In this document: piece after piece, positions 44,445-59,229 of the stretch
How positions within the stretch are numbered: the stretch's first letter is position 1
How the letters are laid out: every line of letters begins with the position of its first letter
DNA from: Lama glama
Lineage: Eukaryota
Reading direction: 5' to 3'
Length of the DNA: 64,000 nucleotides
Assembly (NCBI GenBank): GCA_028534125.1
Contig: CM052816.1
Location: 75,022,001 to 75,086,000 of the forward strand
Notes under the pieces: generated by a model
Database searches by the model: none
What the model was told of the DNA's origin: nothing
What the model saw: the letters and a program-made list of their open reading frames with translations, nothing else
Translations under genes and position numbers: made by a program

Positions 44445-46269
44445 GTAGTTGATTTACAGTGTTATATTCATTTCTGGCATACAGCATAGTGATTCAGTGA
44501 TCCAGCCTACCATCCGGTTTTTAAATGTTGTAGAATTGGAATACAGCCACATCTATGTTTAGGTACTATGGATCCAATAAGAGCACCATAGTTGTGACAC
44601 AACAGCATGGTTTACAGACAACAAAATGTTTGATATCTGCACCTTTACAAAAAAGTTTTCTGATATCTCATATAGTATCACATTTTCAATACATATCTGA
44701 ATTACTATAAAATTCGGGGCATAAAGCATACTGGAAAGTTAATTTTCTAATCAAATGTGAAGCATTGGTGACACAGTATTGCTCTTAATTGGAAGAGTAA
44801 AACTGGAGCTAATGGAGAGTCAGTAGGTTTACACTCACATAAGGGAAATATAAGTGATAAGAGACTATGTTGCTGTTTGATTAAGAAATAAAATATTATT
44901 TGTTAAAATATTTTGATGACATTGACATTGAAGGTATAACTGAGGCTTAGAAAAACTCACTCATTTTACTTGACATGCTTTTGTAAGTGGAATTAGCAAT
45001 GTACCCCTACGAGGCTACAGGGGTCGATACAGGAAAACTGTATCATAACAAGTCCTGGGGTCAAACCTCTCAGACAGTTTTAACTGTCCTTCCATTAATT
45101 CATTATCCTGTCCCACTCCCATGTCCTCCTGGTAATAGTGAGGATGCTATGTAAAGAAAAATGTCTGTACATTCTCCAAATAAGTCATCATGATTTTGAA
45201 TCTGTTACTTATATCGTAAACCCTTTAGGGAGCTTTATTGTTGTTGAAAAGAAAAATAAACATGCAAAAGCATGCACAGCCTGTTTATATAGGTTTGTTT
45301 CTTGAGTTCAGAAAAAAAAAATCTAACTACAGGAAATTCCAAATTTTAAATATCTCCAGTAGAAACTTAACATCACACGTCACCAAGCCACACAATTGTG
45401 GACATTCCTCAACACCGAGCTTGTTTCTATCCTGGAAATTCCTCTTTTTATTTCATCCACTCAATTGCTATTTGCCATCTGTAGATACATAACACAGTCT
45501 TTTAATTAATTAATGATTCTGCTCAAATATCACCTTATCATACGGATATTTCCTGAACACACTGTTTAAATTAGGGCAGTCTGTCACTCTATCACTGTAC
45601 ACGTATAACTTCATTGTACTTTTAACCACTATATTTTATTAATTACTGAATTACCCTTATAGAATGTAAGCTACTTAAAGGCAGAGCATTGATTTTGTTT
45701 CCTGCTGTATCATCAGTGATGTCATTTCTTACTGATTAGTGCAAAGATTATTTATCTAGTCTTGATGGGAAAAGAGATATTTCATAGAGTGAAATCTTCT
45801 TATAACTGAGAGCTGTTAGCTTAAAGTTCCCTATCTTATTTTTCTTTCTTTTTATCCTCATAATAAAATATTTAACTTTTTCCATAAAATGGTGGTAATT
45901 GTGAGCACGTTGTGTTGTATTTTATGGAGGAGATGGTAGTTTCCTGACTGTGTGAGTTTTCCAACTGCTCCTCCTTTGTCAGTGTGTCCCTTCATTGCCC
46001 CTATTGCACCTGCTTCAGAGACCTCACACCAGCCTGTTTAGGTAGCTATTTTTAACCTTTGTGTGATTGAACTAGATAATAAAGATAATTAACAATTCTA
46101 CATTAAATAAAAATAGTAGGGCTCGGCACGAAAAACTGAAGAGTAACGTTTCTACTTTAGGACAGGGACATTTATCGACAGTTGATTAATTCAAAGTTCT
46201 CATCTGTTTCTCATTTTGAGGCCATGATGTTCAAAGGGGTAGAATTTTCCCCTCCTCAAGATTAAGCTT

Positions 46270-46722
46270 CCAGAGCCAGTCTGAAAAGGCTACAAACTGT
46301 ATGAATCTAATCAAATGACATTCTGGAAAGGCACAGCTACAGAAACAATAAAAATTATGGTTTCCAGGGGTTTGGAGAGAGGGAGGGAGGGAGAAATGAA
46401 TAGATGGAGCATAAGGGATTTTTAGGGCAATGAAATTATTCTGTATGATACTATAGTGGTGGCTACATGTCCTTATGCATCTGTCAAAACCCATAGAATG
46501 TACAACATCAAGAGTGAACCCTATTGTAAACTGTGGACTTTGGCTGATGTCCATGTTGGTTCCTCAGTTGTACCAAACATGCCACACTGATGAGGGATGT
46601 TGAGGATAGGGAAGTATATATTTGTGGGTGGGGAGGGCTATGTGCGAACTCTCTGTATTCTGCTCAGTTCTGCTATGAACCTGAAACTGCTCTAAAAAAA
46701 AAAGTCTATTAATAAAACAAAA
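46270..46722 (+). mobile_element. L1 (L1MC-like) 3' end
   Basis: tgacattctggaaaggca...gtcaaaacccatagaatgtacaaca...gaacctgaaactgctctaaaaaa then A-rich tail. Confidence 0.75.
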
Positions 46723-47042
46723 AGATAAAGCCTCCAGATGAGCTCAACATTCTCATAGAATTTGTCCATTCTTTTTATTCAATATTATAATAAAATTAAG
46801 AAGTACTTCTGCTTCCTGGATAATATTTTTAACTTACTTATTAACAATGGCAGAGATTCCTTATAGCTTGGAATGTATAGTATTCTTAATCTTTCATTGT
46901 TTCTCAGTAGAGCTTAATTGTTATTGCAGTACAAATTGTACATATGGAAAATGTATATCCAGTATTTAAAATACCAATAATGATCATGAGCATGTAGTTG
47001 ATACCAATTGGTTGAGGCAATCATTGTGATCTTTGAAAAAAA

Positions 47043-47162
47043 TATTTATTTTATATTTTCTTTTCTTTCTTTCTTTTTTTTTTTTAATGGAGGTACTGGG
47101 GTTTGAACCCAGGAACTCGTGCATGCTAAGCATGTGCTCTACTACTGAGCCATACTCACCCC
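47043..47162 (-). mobile_element. tRNA-derived SINE, same family
   Basis: T-rich tail followed by ggaggtactggggtttgaacccagg...ctactactgagccatac (antisense B and A boxes). Confidence 0.85.
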
Positions 47163-48065
47163 TCCTTTTTGAAAAACAAAAAAATGATATGAGTCTGCAT
47201 AAAAGCAGATTCATATTGCAAAGACTCACGTTTTTAAGGTATCTTAGAGATTATCTAGAGTGACCAATTCCCTCATCTTGAAGACACGGGAAATAAGTCG
47301 ATGTGAATTACCCCATGGTTACTGTTTAAAGGAAAATTTACATAGGTCTAAAATATTAGTTGCCACTTCAATTTATTGAAAGAGTAAATTTTGGTTTCTC
47401 TTTTTGAAAGTACATTAAGATTTCACAGCCAGTATCTTCTCATTCTTGGCTCTATCTTAAGCCTTTTTCTTTTTACTTTTCCATTTCCTCCCTTTCTGCT
47501 TAATACATGTTATGAAACTACTCATCCCATCCAAGTAATTAGAGATGGTTTATAAAAATACATAGAAAAATAAAAAAACAAAAACTTAGAACTTACTGAG
47601 AATTACCAGGCAAAGGGAAATAAGGGTATCAAAACTTAGATGTAGTGAGAGTAAAGTTAGAGCTCCAAACTGTGCCTCACCAGACCCTTCTAGCCAAATA
47701 AGGCAGCCATTTAGTTTGTATTCATCGATACCACCAGGAAGATTTGTGAATAACATCGGCTGCATGAAGGGTACTAATTAATTACTCTTTTTACTCACCT
47801 GTATTTATGATAGTTTAACATTTCTTTCAAACTTTGGTAGTTTTTAGAAAATATTTTTTATTTACCTAATCACAGTTATTAGTATAGAAATGAATCAATC
47901 TGAGAAAAAGCCATGAAAACATCGGGATTCTATTTAAAAGTTTCATCTCAAGTCTTTGGGTGATCATGTCCTAGGGTTTTTAATGCAGTGATTTATATTA
48001 CAGCTTGAGTGTGTCACTCAGTGGGAAACTTCTCTTCCTAATTGAACATGTGCTTTATTTGACAG

Positions 48066-48114
48066 GGTCCATACCCATTACAAAATGAAGTTGATGCAGA
48101 TCTAATCAATGCAG
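48066..48114 (+). CDS. OXCT1: OXCT1 exon 11 (49 nt): GPYPLQNEVDADLINA(G)
   Basis: tttgacag acceptor, CAG|gtaaac donor; DADLINAGK motif spans exons 11/12. Confidence 0.95.
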
Positions 48115-50569
48115 GTAAACTCATTCGTTACATGTCTTTCCAGCGTTTTCCTTTGCTGTTAGTTTAGATATCTGCCAAACAATAGCACGGAGTCAGGCTT
48201 GATTCTTTGTCTTTGCCTGGAAAGTGCTCCACTGCACTCTTCGTGGAGGACGCGAGAGAAGCCTTCCTAGAACCCTCTTTGTCTGCCTTGCTCATCAGAG
48301 GTCTCCCCTCACTTAGGGCAGGCTGAAATAAAGGAGAAATTGCAGGAGGGGCTACATATGATGGCAAGAGCTTTGGTGGGTCCATCAGTCAGTGTCCTGA
48401 CTGTGCAGGGAGAATGCTCTCAGGTAAGGTAAAGAGGAGAATTAAAGGAAGGGACGATTTACAAGGGTGTGGACGGGACTGAGGGAAACTGGGAGGATGC
48501 TGAAGCACCACAGGGAGTTATCACCCCACGGCCTTAAGGGGCAGCTGTGGGAGAGGGCCAGCTTACAGGAACCAGGGCCTTTGTAGAGGAACACAGCCAT
48601 CTTGCAGAAACCTGGGTGAGGGTGAGGGCGGAGGTCTCCTGTGATGGTTCTCCTGCTTGTGCCTCCCATTGGCCCATCCCAGGTTGAAATTGGTCTGCCT
48701 TTTCATGATGAGAAGGTGGGGAGTGGAGTGGATCCATGGTGGCCAAAACCAAGACCTGGTGCACTGGGGTTCTTGTTGTGGCTGATAGTCACTGTCCTCC
48801 AGTCATCATCAGAGTTAGGAAAGCATCCCTCAAAGATTCAGGGTGCTTAAGGATGTACGACCTGGTGAGGTGAGTAATACGTACAGAGTTTCTTTGAATT
48901 GGGGATTCTAGCCTGTCTTCTCCTTTGTTCCTACGTTCATATACTTTGTCTTTTATTATTAGCCTTTTCTTTGTCTGGGACATAGAGTCACGTGTAGTGG
49001 CAGCCTAGGAAAGGGAAAACAGTCAGACCTTTGGCCATCGTCACTGCCCATGCTTGAGGCAACAACCCTGCTACTGAGTTGGGGCAAAAGATTAGCCTTA
49101 GATTGGGGCTGCCCATAGGAAGGTAATTTTTATATTCCAGCATGATTTTCTTTACCCTTCTTCTACTGCTATTCACTCTACCCCCACAAAAGTATTATTC
49201 ATGTTCAAAAATAGTATGTGTAAATTTCAGAAGAGAAGCAATGTGAGCTGAACATAAAGGCCAGCTGCCAAGTAGAATTGATGTTTGATACTTAGAATTT
49301 TTGGAAGTAAAACAGCTTCTGGTTGAATAGTTGAATTAGTTAACACAACTCAACTCTGAAAGGCCCACTGTGATAAAGCAATGACATTTAACCAAGGCTG
49401 TAATTTAATTGTACTGTACCCTTTAGCAATAGCTCATTGATCTGTGAAAATATTTGCTGCTTGGTTTAATTAATTTATGATGTTAGTGAGTTATTTGCAA
49501 AATGAATAACTTCATTTTCCAGATTTCAGGCTTGAGCTCATAAAACCCACTTTCCTTGGAAAAGTACTTAATCTTTTCAATGACATCATCGGACAGTAGG
49601 CGTTTCTGATTCCACTGAGCTTGAAAGTAGCTCAATCCAAATGAAGCCACCAGTTTTATATTTTGACTTCTAAAATACGAAGCATAATCTTAAACTACTT
49701 TGTAAAAGAAGAATTCATTGCTTTTGAGAAGCCAAGCTGCAAATCAGTTTAATAATATTCTAACTCTTTCGTGAAAGTCCTCTTTGGGATTTTTGATACT
49801 TTTGACTTTGGTGCTAAGTTAGGGAGGAGATACTTGGCGCTTGAGAACCAGAAGATAAATTGGGGTTTCCTCAACTCCCTCAGTTTGGAAATTACCTGGA
49901 AGATCAGCCCATTGTTTGTGTTAATTTGAAAAGATTTTCATAGAAATCCCCTGGAACAAATACAAAGAGTTGTTTCTGGGCATAATCAGTGTGTTAAAAT
50001 TTTAAAATAATGATACAACTGTTTCTAAGGATCCTTTTTCCTAAATAATACTCTCATGTGGTTATGTAAAAATAAATCACCTCTTGTCTGGCACTCTGTG
50101 ATTTACAGTGTACTTTTTCACGTGTATTATATCATTAGACCTTCAAGTGAAAACTTGTACAGACTGGGAAACTGAGGCACAGAAAAGTGTGCTCAAGATC
50201 GTGTTGCTATGGACTGGACTCACACAGTCTCTTCTTCCTAGCGCCTGGCCTTTTCCTCTGTACTTTGAGCTATATCCGCTAATAACCTGAATTTTATAAA
50301 GGTGCAGAAGGCAGTGTTAGAACATTTCAGATGTCCTGGGAAGATTTACAGTATCCCAATGCAATTGTGGAATTTCTAGTAAATCTCATGTTAGCTTTTA
50401 TATTAATGTGCATTTTTCATTCTTTCCTATTTCTTAATATTGTTTTCTTACTTTAATATAAAAATAGTCTTTTAAATGGCTTACCTTTGATTAAAACTAC
50501 TTTAGAAAGAACCACTACATTTATCTCATAGCTTTTAAATATTCCAGGTTCCTGACACATGCCTCTAGA

Positions 50570-50760
50570 GCACTGATTCTCAGTGGAAAACAGGGTGATT
50601 TCACTCCCCTGGGGACGTTTGACAATGTCTGGAGACATTTTTGATTGCCAGAGTTACTGGCATTTAGTGGGAAGAGGCCAGGGATGCTATTAAATATCCT
50701 ACAGTAACCAGAACGGCTCCCCTTAAAAAATTATCCAGCCCCAAATGTGAACAGTGTCTG
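50570..50760. mobile_element. MER20-like hAT relic
   Basis: ggggacgtttgacaatgtctggagacatttttgattg...gaggccagggatgct...aattatccagccccaaatgt. Confidence 0.75.
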
Positions 50761-51222
50761 CTCTAGAGGTCTATGGGCCACATTTGAAGAATCACAGGCT
50801 TGTAGACTAAATTATAAATGGTACAGCATTTAAGATCTATCTGATGGTTGCAACAGGCCTTTCCAGATTTATCTCTGGCTATGCCTACCCAGCCTCCTGG
50901 GTCCATACTGAACTCCTGGATCTGTTCTGATCATGGCTTATGCTTTCATTCCTCCATGATTTTGCTCTTCCGGGGCCTTCATTTCTGTCCCTTCCTTTTT
51001 CCTTCCCATCTCTTTATTGGTAATGTCTTACTGAAATGCATCATACCTATCCTTCAAGTCCCAGTTGAAGTCTCCAAAGTCTCCAAACCCTTCTGTGACT
51101 TAGAAGTGCCCCTCCTTCAAACCCATAACACATCTGTGTCTCATAAGCCCACCACATCTTGCCTTGTAATTATTTGTGTATATTCGTCTCTCTTGCTAGG
51201 TATTATGTTCCTTTTGCTTAAG

Positions 51223-51410
51223 GCAGTGGTTCTCAAAGTGTTGTCCCAGAGCCACACATCAGCATCCCCATCACTGGGGATTGTTAGAGATGGAAATTCT
51301 CAGGCCCTGCCACTCGCCTACTGAGCTCTGAGAGTTGAGCTCAGTAATCTACTTTTTTATCAGCCCTCCATGTGATTCTGATGGGTGTTAAACTTTGAGA
51401 ACCATTCATT
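51223..51410. mobile_element. MER5A-like hAT relic
   Basis: cagtggttctcaaagtg...gtgattctgatg...tttgagaacca termini; a related element lies at about 55450-55620. Confidence 0.7.
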
Positions 51411-53527
51411 TAGGGCATCTGCATTTTATGGGTAACACTGTTCAAGGCACGTAGTAGACATTTACTTGACATTGAGTGAATGAAATATGTTCAGTCATGA
51501 GCCAACTACTCAGTAACTAGTAATTCTGTTGCCCAAATATGAGAGGATGTACACATACAGAGCAAAATTGAAACAGACAGGAATCAATTAGGAATAGCCA
51601 AATAAGAAAGCCCCTTTTCTTTAAGATATTAATCATATTATGGATCACAGTTATTTCTTGACTAAATTTGGACATTGTATTTGAAAAGCATGGATTCAAC
51701 TTTAGGATGACTATTTTTGTTGAGATTTTTGGATATTAAAAATGCTGAAAATTAACTTTGCTTCCAAAGAATGTGTTTATAAAATGCCAGAATGTATTAA
51801 GCAGGGGCCTGACAGTAACTTTATTTTGTAAGAGTTGTTTTCTGGACTCCTTAATAAAACCATCCTTCATAAATCACATGGGGAGAGCTGAGGCTGTCTG
51901 CATTGATCTCAAAGTTTCCTATAAAGTGGTAAATAACGCCTTCTACATACTGCCTGCTGGTGGAGACGGCCCTTTGGAAGTCATTGTGATTTATCACATA
52001 AAGAGCAAAGAACTGAGATTTTTGTTTCTCTGCATTTTCAGCCTGCAAGTTCTTCTGCATTGCCTCTCCACCTCACAGAACTGATGAGGAATGGCATTTA
52101 CTGGACGTGGAAGTTGTGTTAGGATAAGGTTTAGTTTTATTATGCTTGTCCTGAAACCTGGAGTTCACAGGCTGGTGTATAATCCCGCCATATAAGCCAG
52201 TCGCCTGCCCCTGTAGCATTTATCCCTAAAGGGGCGATGGCATTGTCTTTTTTACAAGTAGGTTTGGGGTGAGGAATAATAACAATGACAATAATAAGAG
52301 CTAATGTTTACGGAGTCGTTTTCTCTTGCATATACTAGAGTAAGGGCATTAGTGCATTGCTTCATTTAATCCTCCGAATCTTAAGTGCTATCTAAAAGCC
52401 TACCCCTACTAAACACACCAGAAAGTATTTTCCAAAGCTTTTCAGCTTTATGGTACTTTAAGAGATGGGAAAATACTTCCTTTGTTTAGAATCAAACTTT
52501 TTTGGGCAATAAACAATTCAACATGACATAAAGAGCTCAAATGGAGAGGGATATTGGTGGAGAAGTTAGCTCTCAGTCAAGACTTGAGAAGTTGAGGGAC
52601 CAGCTGTTGTTCCACAACCAGGCAAGACTAGATCGCTCTGGTCCTGTTGTGTCCAACAGCTTTTCTCTGTTCCAGTCTTGGGATCACTTTTCTTCCGCCT
52701 CTTTTTGTCTCCCTGTTAAATTGGTTGGGGTAAGTCTCACACCATTGACCTTTGGCAAAGGGGCATGTGAGCACTTTGCTGTTGAGACCAGGAGCTTCTC
52801 CTAGGCTCCTGAAACCCCTGAACAGACAGGAAGTGGATCACAAGAAGAAAGCAGCTCAAGTATGAGTCAGGTGATATTATTGGTTGTGTGGGAACTGGAT
52901 GACCTTGAAAAACTTCTCCAGCTCTGAACTTTTAACATGAGATTAAAGTTTTGGGGAGAAGTCTTTCCAACAGGACCTTCTGTGGTTTTAATAAAAACTT
53001 ACAGGAGCAAGAGGAAAGATGAGGCAGAGAGAGAGATTGAAAGAAGAGACTCAGGCCCAGTGTGTTATGGAATTAGGTGAGACCTCTCTTTCTAGATTAT
53101 TTGTTGATTTTTAAGAAACATCTGAGGAACATCTCCTGTGTCATTCCCTTCAAAGTTGTAGTTCTTCATGTCTATCCCACAGTGTCTTTGCTCCAGTGAC
53201 TTACAGCCGCATTGAATTCTGACACGTGCATCCTGGGGACGAGCTCCTTTCCTCCTCACTCCTGTTAGCATTTAGCAGAGACTTGTGAAGGGAATGGGTC
53301 TGGTGGGAGGCAGAAATGGCCATGTAATAACAGGTAATAGTGAGGTGCATTGTCTGTAGAGAATTTCAAAACAGTAATAAAATTAAAAGTTGGTCTGCTT
53401 TTTATGATCACCATGCAAGGGCAGATCTGAACAGTGTTATGACAAATGGTTCTCTTCGCAGGTGGACAGTTCTCAGTGTCTCCCCTGTTGCTGCTGCATT
53501 TTGGTTAAGGGAGACTGAGTTCTATAG

Positions 53528-53743
<216 letters not shown>

Positions 53744-54217
53744 TGAGTCATCCCCTGAGTCTGCTAGCAGGGCTCTGAAACATAACCACATCTCCAGCCA
53801 GAAAATGATCACGGGCTTGTTTGGCTGCACCAAGATGTGAAATTATTCACATTAAATGTTGGGAGTTGGAACATCCAGCCCACTATTATTAAAAGAACCC
53901 TCAAAATGAAATATGTATCTGTGCGCCAACTAAACTTAAGGCTCTTTCTGAGCATCCTAACATTTTCTACAAACTGTGTTTTCATTTTCTAGCTAGTGTT
54001 TGCCTTCAAATCGAGCCACATTCTCCCTCACTGAAGGAAACAAACTCACTGTGTACACCTGTTTTTAATTTGTTTTTGGAGACAATACAGGTTGTAATTT
54101 TTTTAAAAAGAACTCTTAACGGTTATTTCTCTACATTAGCTTGAGCCAGTCTATTTGGAAATCAGGTGTTGGGTGGAGGGGAGCAACTGTGTTTTGGGGG
54201 CTATAGAATTATTTTAA

Positions 54218-54388
<171 letters not shown>

Positions 54389-54489
54389 TGAATTTTGCAT
54401 GGATCAGAATAATTATTTTTGAAATATTAATAAAAATCTTGTCAAATTGCTATGAGTGCAGATATAATTGTGACAGAAACAAATAATTT

Positions 54490-54575
54490 GGGAGGTGAGA
54501 ATAGCTCAGTGATAGATTTCATGCTTAGCATGCATGAGGTCCTGGGCTCAATCTCCATTACCACCTTTTAAAATT
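54490..54575 (+). mobile_element. tRNA-derived SINE, same family, more diverged
   Basis: atagctcagtgatag...atgcttagcatgcatgaggtcctgggctcaatc matches the other copies; about 120 nt downstream of exon 13. Confidence 0.8.
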
Positions 54576-57500
54576 ATGTATATATTTTATATATATAATG
54601 TGTTTCTTATTTCAATCAAATTCTAATAAAGCAACTGCTGAAAAATATTCAGCTTTGCCAGTGTACTTAGTTGGGACTAAAAGTAGGCAAGATAAGGGCC
54701 AAAGCATAATTTTCCATAGAGGAATAGGGAACTAAGAGATGAGAAAAAATAATGGGTTAATCATACCCTGATAAAAGTAAGAAATACAAACAATTACTAT
54801 AACTGTTTTTATAACTAGAAGGAACAATTAGCAAGTTCATTAATTTTATGTTCATTCTATTATTTTCTTACAGTGATTAAAATGCTCTCTTGATCAGTCA
54901 TGTGACCCCATAAGTAATTAATCACACTGTCTTCTCTAATGGAATACATAACCTGTGACGTTACACATGCTTGTACAACGCAGACAGTTTTCATTTGCTA
55001 ATGACCCAAATCAAGGAAGAAGCTTCTCAGAATTAGCTTCGGAAAAAGGACCGTTATCAGTTGATTTGTGAATGTGCTTCTTTGTGTTCCCAATCGGCGC
55101 TTTCTGATGTGTGTGTGGAAACAACAATGAATGCATGGCCGTGATTATGAGCTCATTTTGGCTGGTAGCTCAGGTTACTGTTTTATGTGTGTGTTTAAAG
55201 ATTTCTGTATGTTTCTCTGTGGCGTCAGCTAAAAGGAATTTAAGTCACTGTTGCTGGTGTTCTATAACTAGAGTTTTTTGTTGCTGTTGTTCTTGTTGTT
55301 GTTTTTAGTTTCTTAGATTTTTCTCTACACATTTTTTGAGGAAGGTGGATTAATATAGTGGATAACAATGTTACAGATTGTGTTAGTTTAGCTTGTTTGA
55401 TCTATGAGCTCCCAAAACATTATTTTAAAGTTTCAATTACTCCTAAAGCCCTGGTTCTCAAACTTGGTTGCATGTTGGAATCACCTGCAAGTTTTAAAAA
55501 AATGGTGATGCCTTGGTCCCACCCTTAGAGTTTCCAATTTAGTTAATCTGGGGTATAGCCTGGGAACTGGGCATTTTAAACGCAATCGCAGTGATTACAA
55601 TATGTAACCAAGTTTGAGTGTATTAAAGAGTGATCATCAATCGTATTTAAAATGTAAGAGGAAAAATATCATTGACTGATTACTAGTAAGAACGCCTAGC
55701 AAATTATGGACTATATGGTTCTTTTAGTTTAAAAATGTTCATCATCCTAAATCAGCCATAGTTATAAGAGTTGGAAGCTTTTGGAGGCTTCCAAAATATC
55801 AGAGGATACTGAGCTTTGTACAGTAAGTCAAATTGATTGATGCTTTATGGGAATACTTACTTGTGTAGAAAGTCAGAATGTATTTCTCTTTTCAAATTTT
55901 GTAAAAAGGTTATAAATAAATAAATAAAAACCTAATTACCACCCCACCCCCAAATTTAGAAAAAAGCTATAGGGGGTAGTAGAAGAAACATAGAAAAGCA
56001 AGCCCTGGGCTTTAGCTCTGACTCTACCAGTAATCAGGGTGTAACCTTGAACATGTCACTTAAGCTCTTCGGGTTAAAGCATCCTCATCTATAAAATGAG
56101 GATTTGAGACTAGATAATTTCAGGGGTCCAGTCTGACTTTCACATCTTAGCAGTTAAGAGCAAAGACCCTACAGTGAGACAGATCTGGGTTGAAATCCAA
56201 TTTTTGTTATTTACTAGCCATGTAACTTGAGGCAGTTGGTTACTCTTCCTCATCTGTAAAATGGGGATGATGTAATAGTACCTACTTCATAGGACTGTAT
56301 AAAGGAACAAATGATACAGTGCATAAAAGTACATGTCACAGAGCTTGACATACAGTATATGCTAGATAAATGGGTTGTTATTATTTGGTAAGTTAAGAAG
56401 TTGGGGATGCCTGATAGAGAAGGGAATAAGGTCGTTTCCTATGAACAAAAACAAGTGAGTTTTAAATGGAATTTCTTTCTCTGGACTATTAGTGAGTTTT
56501 GAAATCAGTTTTCACAGTGGTTTTTTCGGTATGGAGCAGAAACATGGTCAACATGCCTTTGCCTTCAGGGAACTTGGGCATCTTTAACAAGTTAGTATAT
56601 GATTTGTTGTTATTATGGTTTAGCACGCAGTGAGGCTGGGAACTATGCATTCAATAGTTGTTATTTGTAGGAAGGATTTTTCCACCATGCACCACAGTTT
56701 TATGTATCCTATGGAGATTCCTGTGAATGATTAAAACATCAGTGTTTATTACTTTATAGTTTTCTTAATACAATTTGGAGCTCATGAGTTTCCAAAGGAC
56801 TGGATCTTGCGGGGCAGCGATAGAGAACTCTGGAGTTCTGAAGGAACATGGAGAAGAATTAAGCATAGAAAGTGTTCTTGTGTCTGGTTCCACTCTTTTG
56901 GTCATGGAAGTTGGTAGTGTCATTTCTGAATGAGCGTTTCTTTTGTTCTTTTAGTAACTGATAATCACTTCTTGGATTCTGCATCTGTGATGCACTGTGT
57001 ATGCTTTGATTCCATTGGATGCAGGATAACTTAGAGTCAAGACCATGAGCTCTAGTTTGGAAGAGATCTGATTTGAATTTCAGCTCTACCCCCTTACAAA
57101 TTACAGAATCTGGAGTACTTTTTTTGTTCAGATTAAGTGAGAAGAAAATGGAAAGTGAACACTAAAAGCACTCCATAGTTAGTGGCTATTTTTATCTTTT
57201 TCAGTGTGCTATTGCTTAATTGAAGAGGGAATATTTGCCTTAAAATGCACTGGAATAAATAAGACTATATTTTACAGTAACTTGTACAACCTGCTTGTCC
57301 TAAGTTCATATTCACGTACCAAATTTGAGGACACATTTCTTCTTCTTTTTTTCTTCATTTTATTTTTCTTTTGTTTTTATTGGTTAAGATGCAGCCTAGC
57401 CTCCTTATGTGGTTTTAGTGAGCAGTCTGTTTCTGCCCCAAAGATTTATGTTGATTTATAAAATTTAGATATATTTTTATTGCAAGATCTGGCAGTGAAG

Positions 57501-58864
57501 GAGCTGAAAAGTTCAGCTTCATTATATCATTTTTCACTTACTTTTATCTTTTTGCTGAGTTTAATAATCTTTCGATGGTTGTAAAGCCTTGAGTTTCTCT
57601 GCATCATGGCAACCCCATCAATCATTACGATGTCAAAGTATACTAAACTTTTAAGGCAGGCAAATTGTGCAGATGCTTTTTGTCTTACCGTTTAATACCT
57701 TCTTAGTATGCAGTATTGGTTCCATTTTTGCAGATTTTTAAAAATTCCGCCCTGAGCATCCAAAGAGAGAAAATGGGACAAAACAGTGGGTGGCTCCTTT
57801 GAGTTCCCTGATCATCGTGGTGATGGTAAAGCTCCAGGCAAGCTAGGGAAATGGGGAAAGATTTGCGATCTGTTGACTCTCCATCCAGAACTCCGCTGGC
57901 TTTCCTAACGCCTATTTTTGGGAAACAGCTGCCATAGATGATTGACTTGTGAAGGGAAGTAGATGTGTATGAGCAGCTATGGGAGCTGGTTATTAAAGCC
58001 ATGCAACAGCTGCCCGCAGATAGGGTTGCTTTGTCCCAGCGACACAACAGCCGAGGACCTGCTCCTTCTACGCGGGGAGAATTGAAATGAGGGATTCTTC
58101 AGTCAAAGGAGAATAAGATGCTTAGGTGTTTATTTTTCCCTCACATTTTTTTCATTTATTGTGCATTTTAGAAGATAAAATACAAATCAATATCATACTC
58201 ATATATGTTACATGTATGTGTACATAAAATTGATTTCATCTTCCAGATATGATGTCTCTTTTAAATCAACTACATCTCTAATCTTCCTACATATACAGCT
58301 GGGGGGGTGGGGGTTGTGTTCAAGATTTAATCTAGTGATTTGTTGCATCAATTATAGTCCAAATATTAAATCTGTAGATACAGATGTAACAATATAAAAA
58401 AATTTTGATATAGATAAAGATGCAAACATACAAATATAAATGTGGTTTTAACATATTGGTGTCTTGTCCTCAAGGCTTGGGTAATTATAAACCATGGGTA
58501 AAGAAAAAGGACAGGTGGAAAATACGTATGTGATGATATGATACTTGTACAACTATTCAGTAGATCTTTCTCTGTCAGTGTAATGTAGTGGAAGGTACAC
58601 AGAACTTTGGAATTAGATATACCTATCCTTAAATACTGTTCTGTTATTTATCAGTGCTGTGGCAAATGATTTCACCTTAGTATACTCATTTGTAAAATTA
58701 TAATATTTAATTCATATGTTTGCTCTGGGAATTAAGTTAGCTCATTCATTCAATAAATATTTATTAGGCACGTATGAAGTGTCATGGACTGTTCTAGCCT
58801 TTTGAAGGTTCAGCAATTAACAAAACAGACAAAATTCTCTGCATCTATAGAGCTCATGTTCTAG

Positions 58865-59193
58865 CAGGGGCCGGCAAATATGGCCCATGTGCCAAGTCTG
58901 GCCCAGTGCTTATTTTGTTTTGTTTTTTGCCTCAAAAAGTGACATTTATTCAAAGAAAAAAAATGACAGATATCCATCCTTTGGTTCCCTTCCCTCCCCA
59001 CTCCTGTTGCCCAGTGCCTGTTTTTGTAAATAAAGTTTTATTGGAACATAACTACATCCACTCATTTATATATTACCTGTGGCTGCTTTTGTGTTGTAAC
59101 AACTGAGTTAAGTAGTTGCAACAGAGACTGTATGGCCTGCCAAGGCTAAAATAATTACCATTTCGCCCTTTATAGAAAAGTTTGCCAATTCTG
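58865..59193. mobile_element. MER58A-like hAT MITE, interrupted by the retrocopy
   Basis: Ends CAGGGGCCGGCAAA and TTTGCCAATTCTG; internal gtaaataaagttttattggaaca. Confidence 0.8.
58917..59008 (-). pseudogene. 5'-truncated processed retrocopy of an mRNA 3' end, resembling the EIF4A1 3' UTR (proximal polyA site)
   Basis: Minus strand GGGGAGGGAAGGGAACCAAAGGATGGATATCTGTCATTTTTTTTCTTTG-AATAAA-TGTCACTTTTTGAGGC then A tail; 16-bp TSD (14/16) at 58901-58916 and 59009-59024; parent gene assigned from recall. Confidence 0.8.
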
Positions 59194-59229
59194 GAAAACT
59201 TTGAAACATTTCGATCATTGATTTAAAAC

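Noticed and set aside
50848..51324. Longest ORF in the track (158 aa)
   Set aside because: Non-ATG start; overlaps L2-like and MER5A-like repeats; no recognisable protein motif
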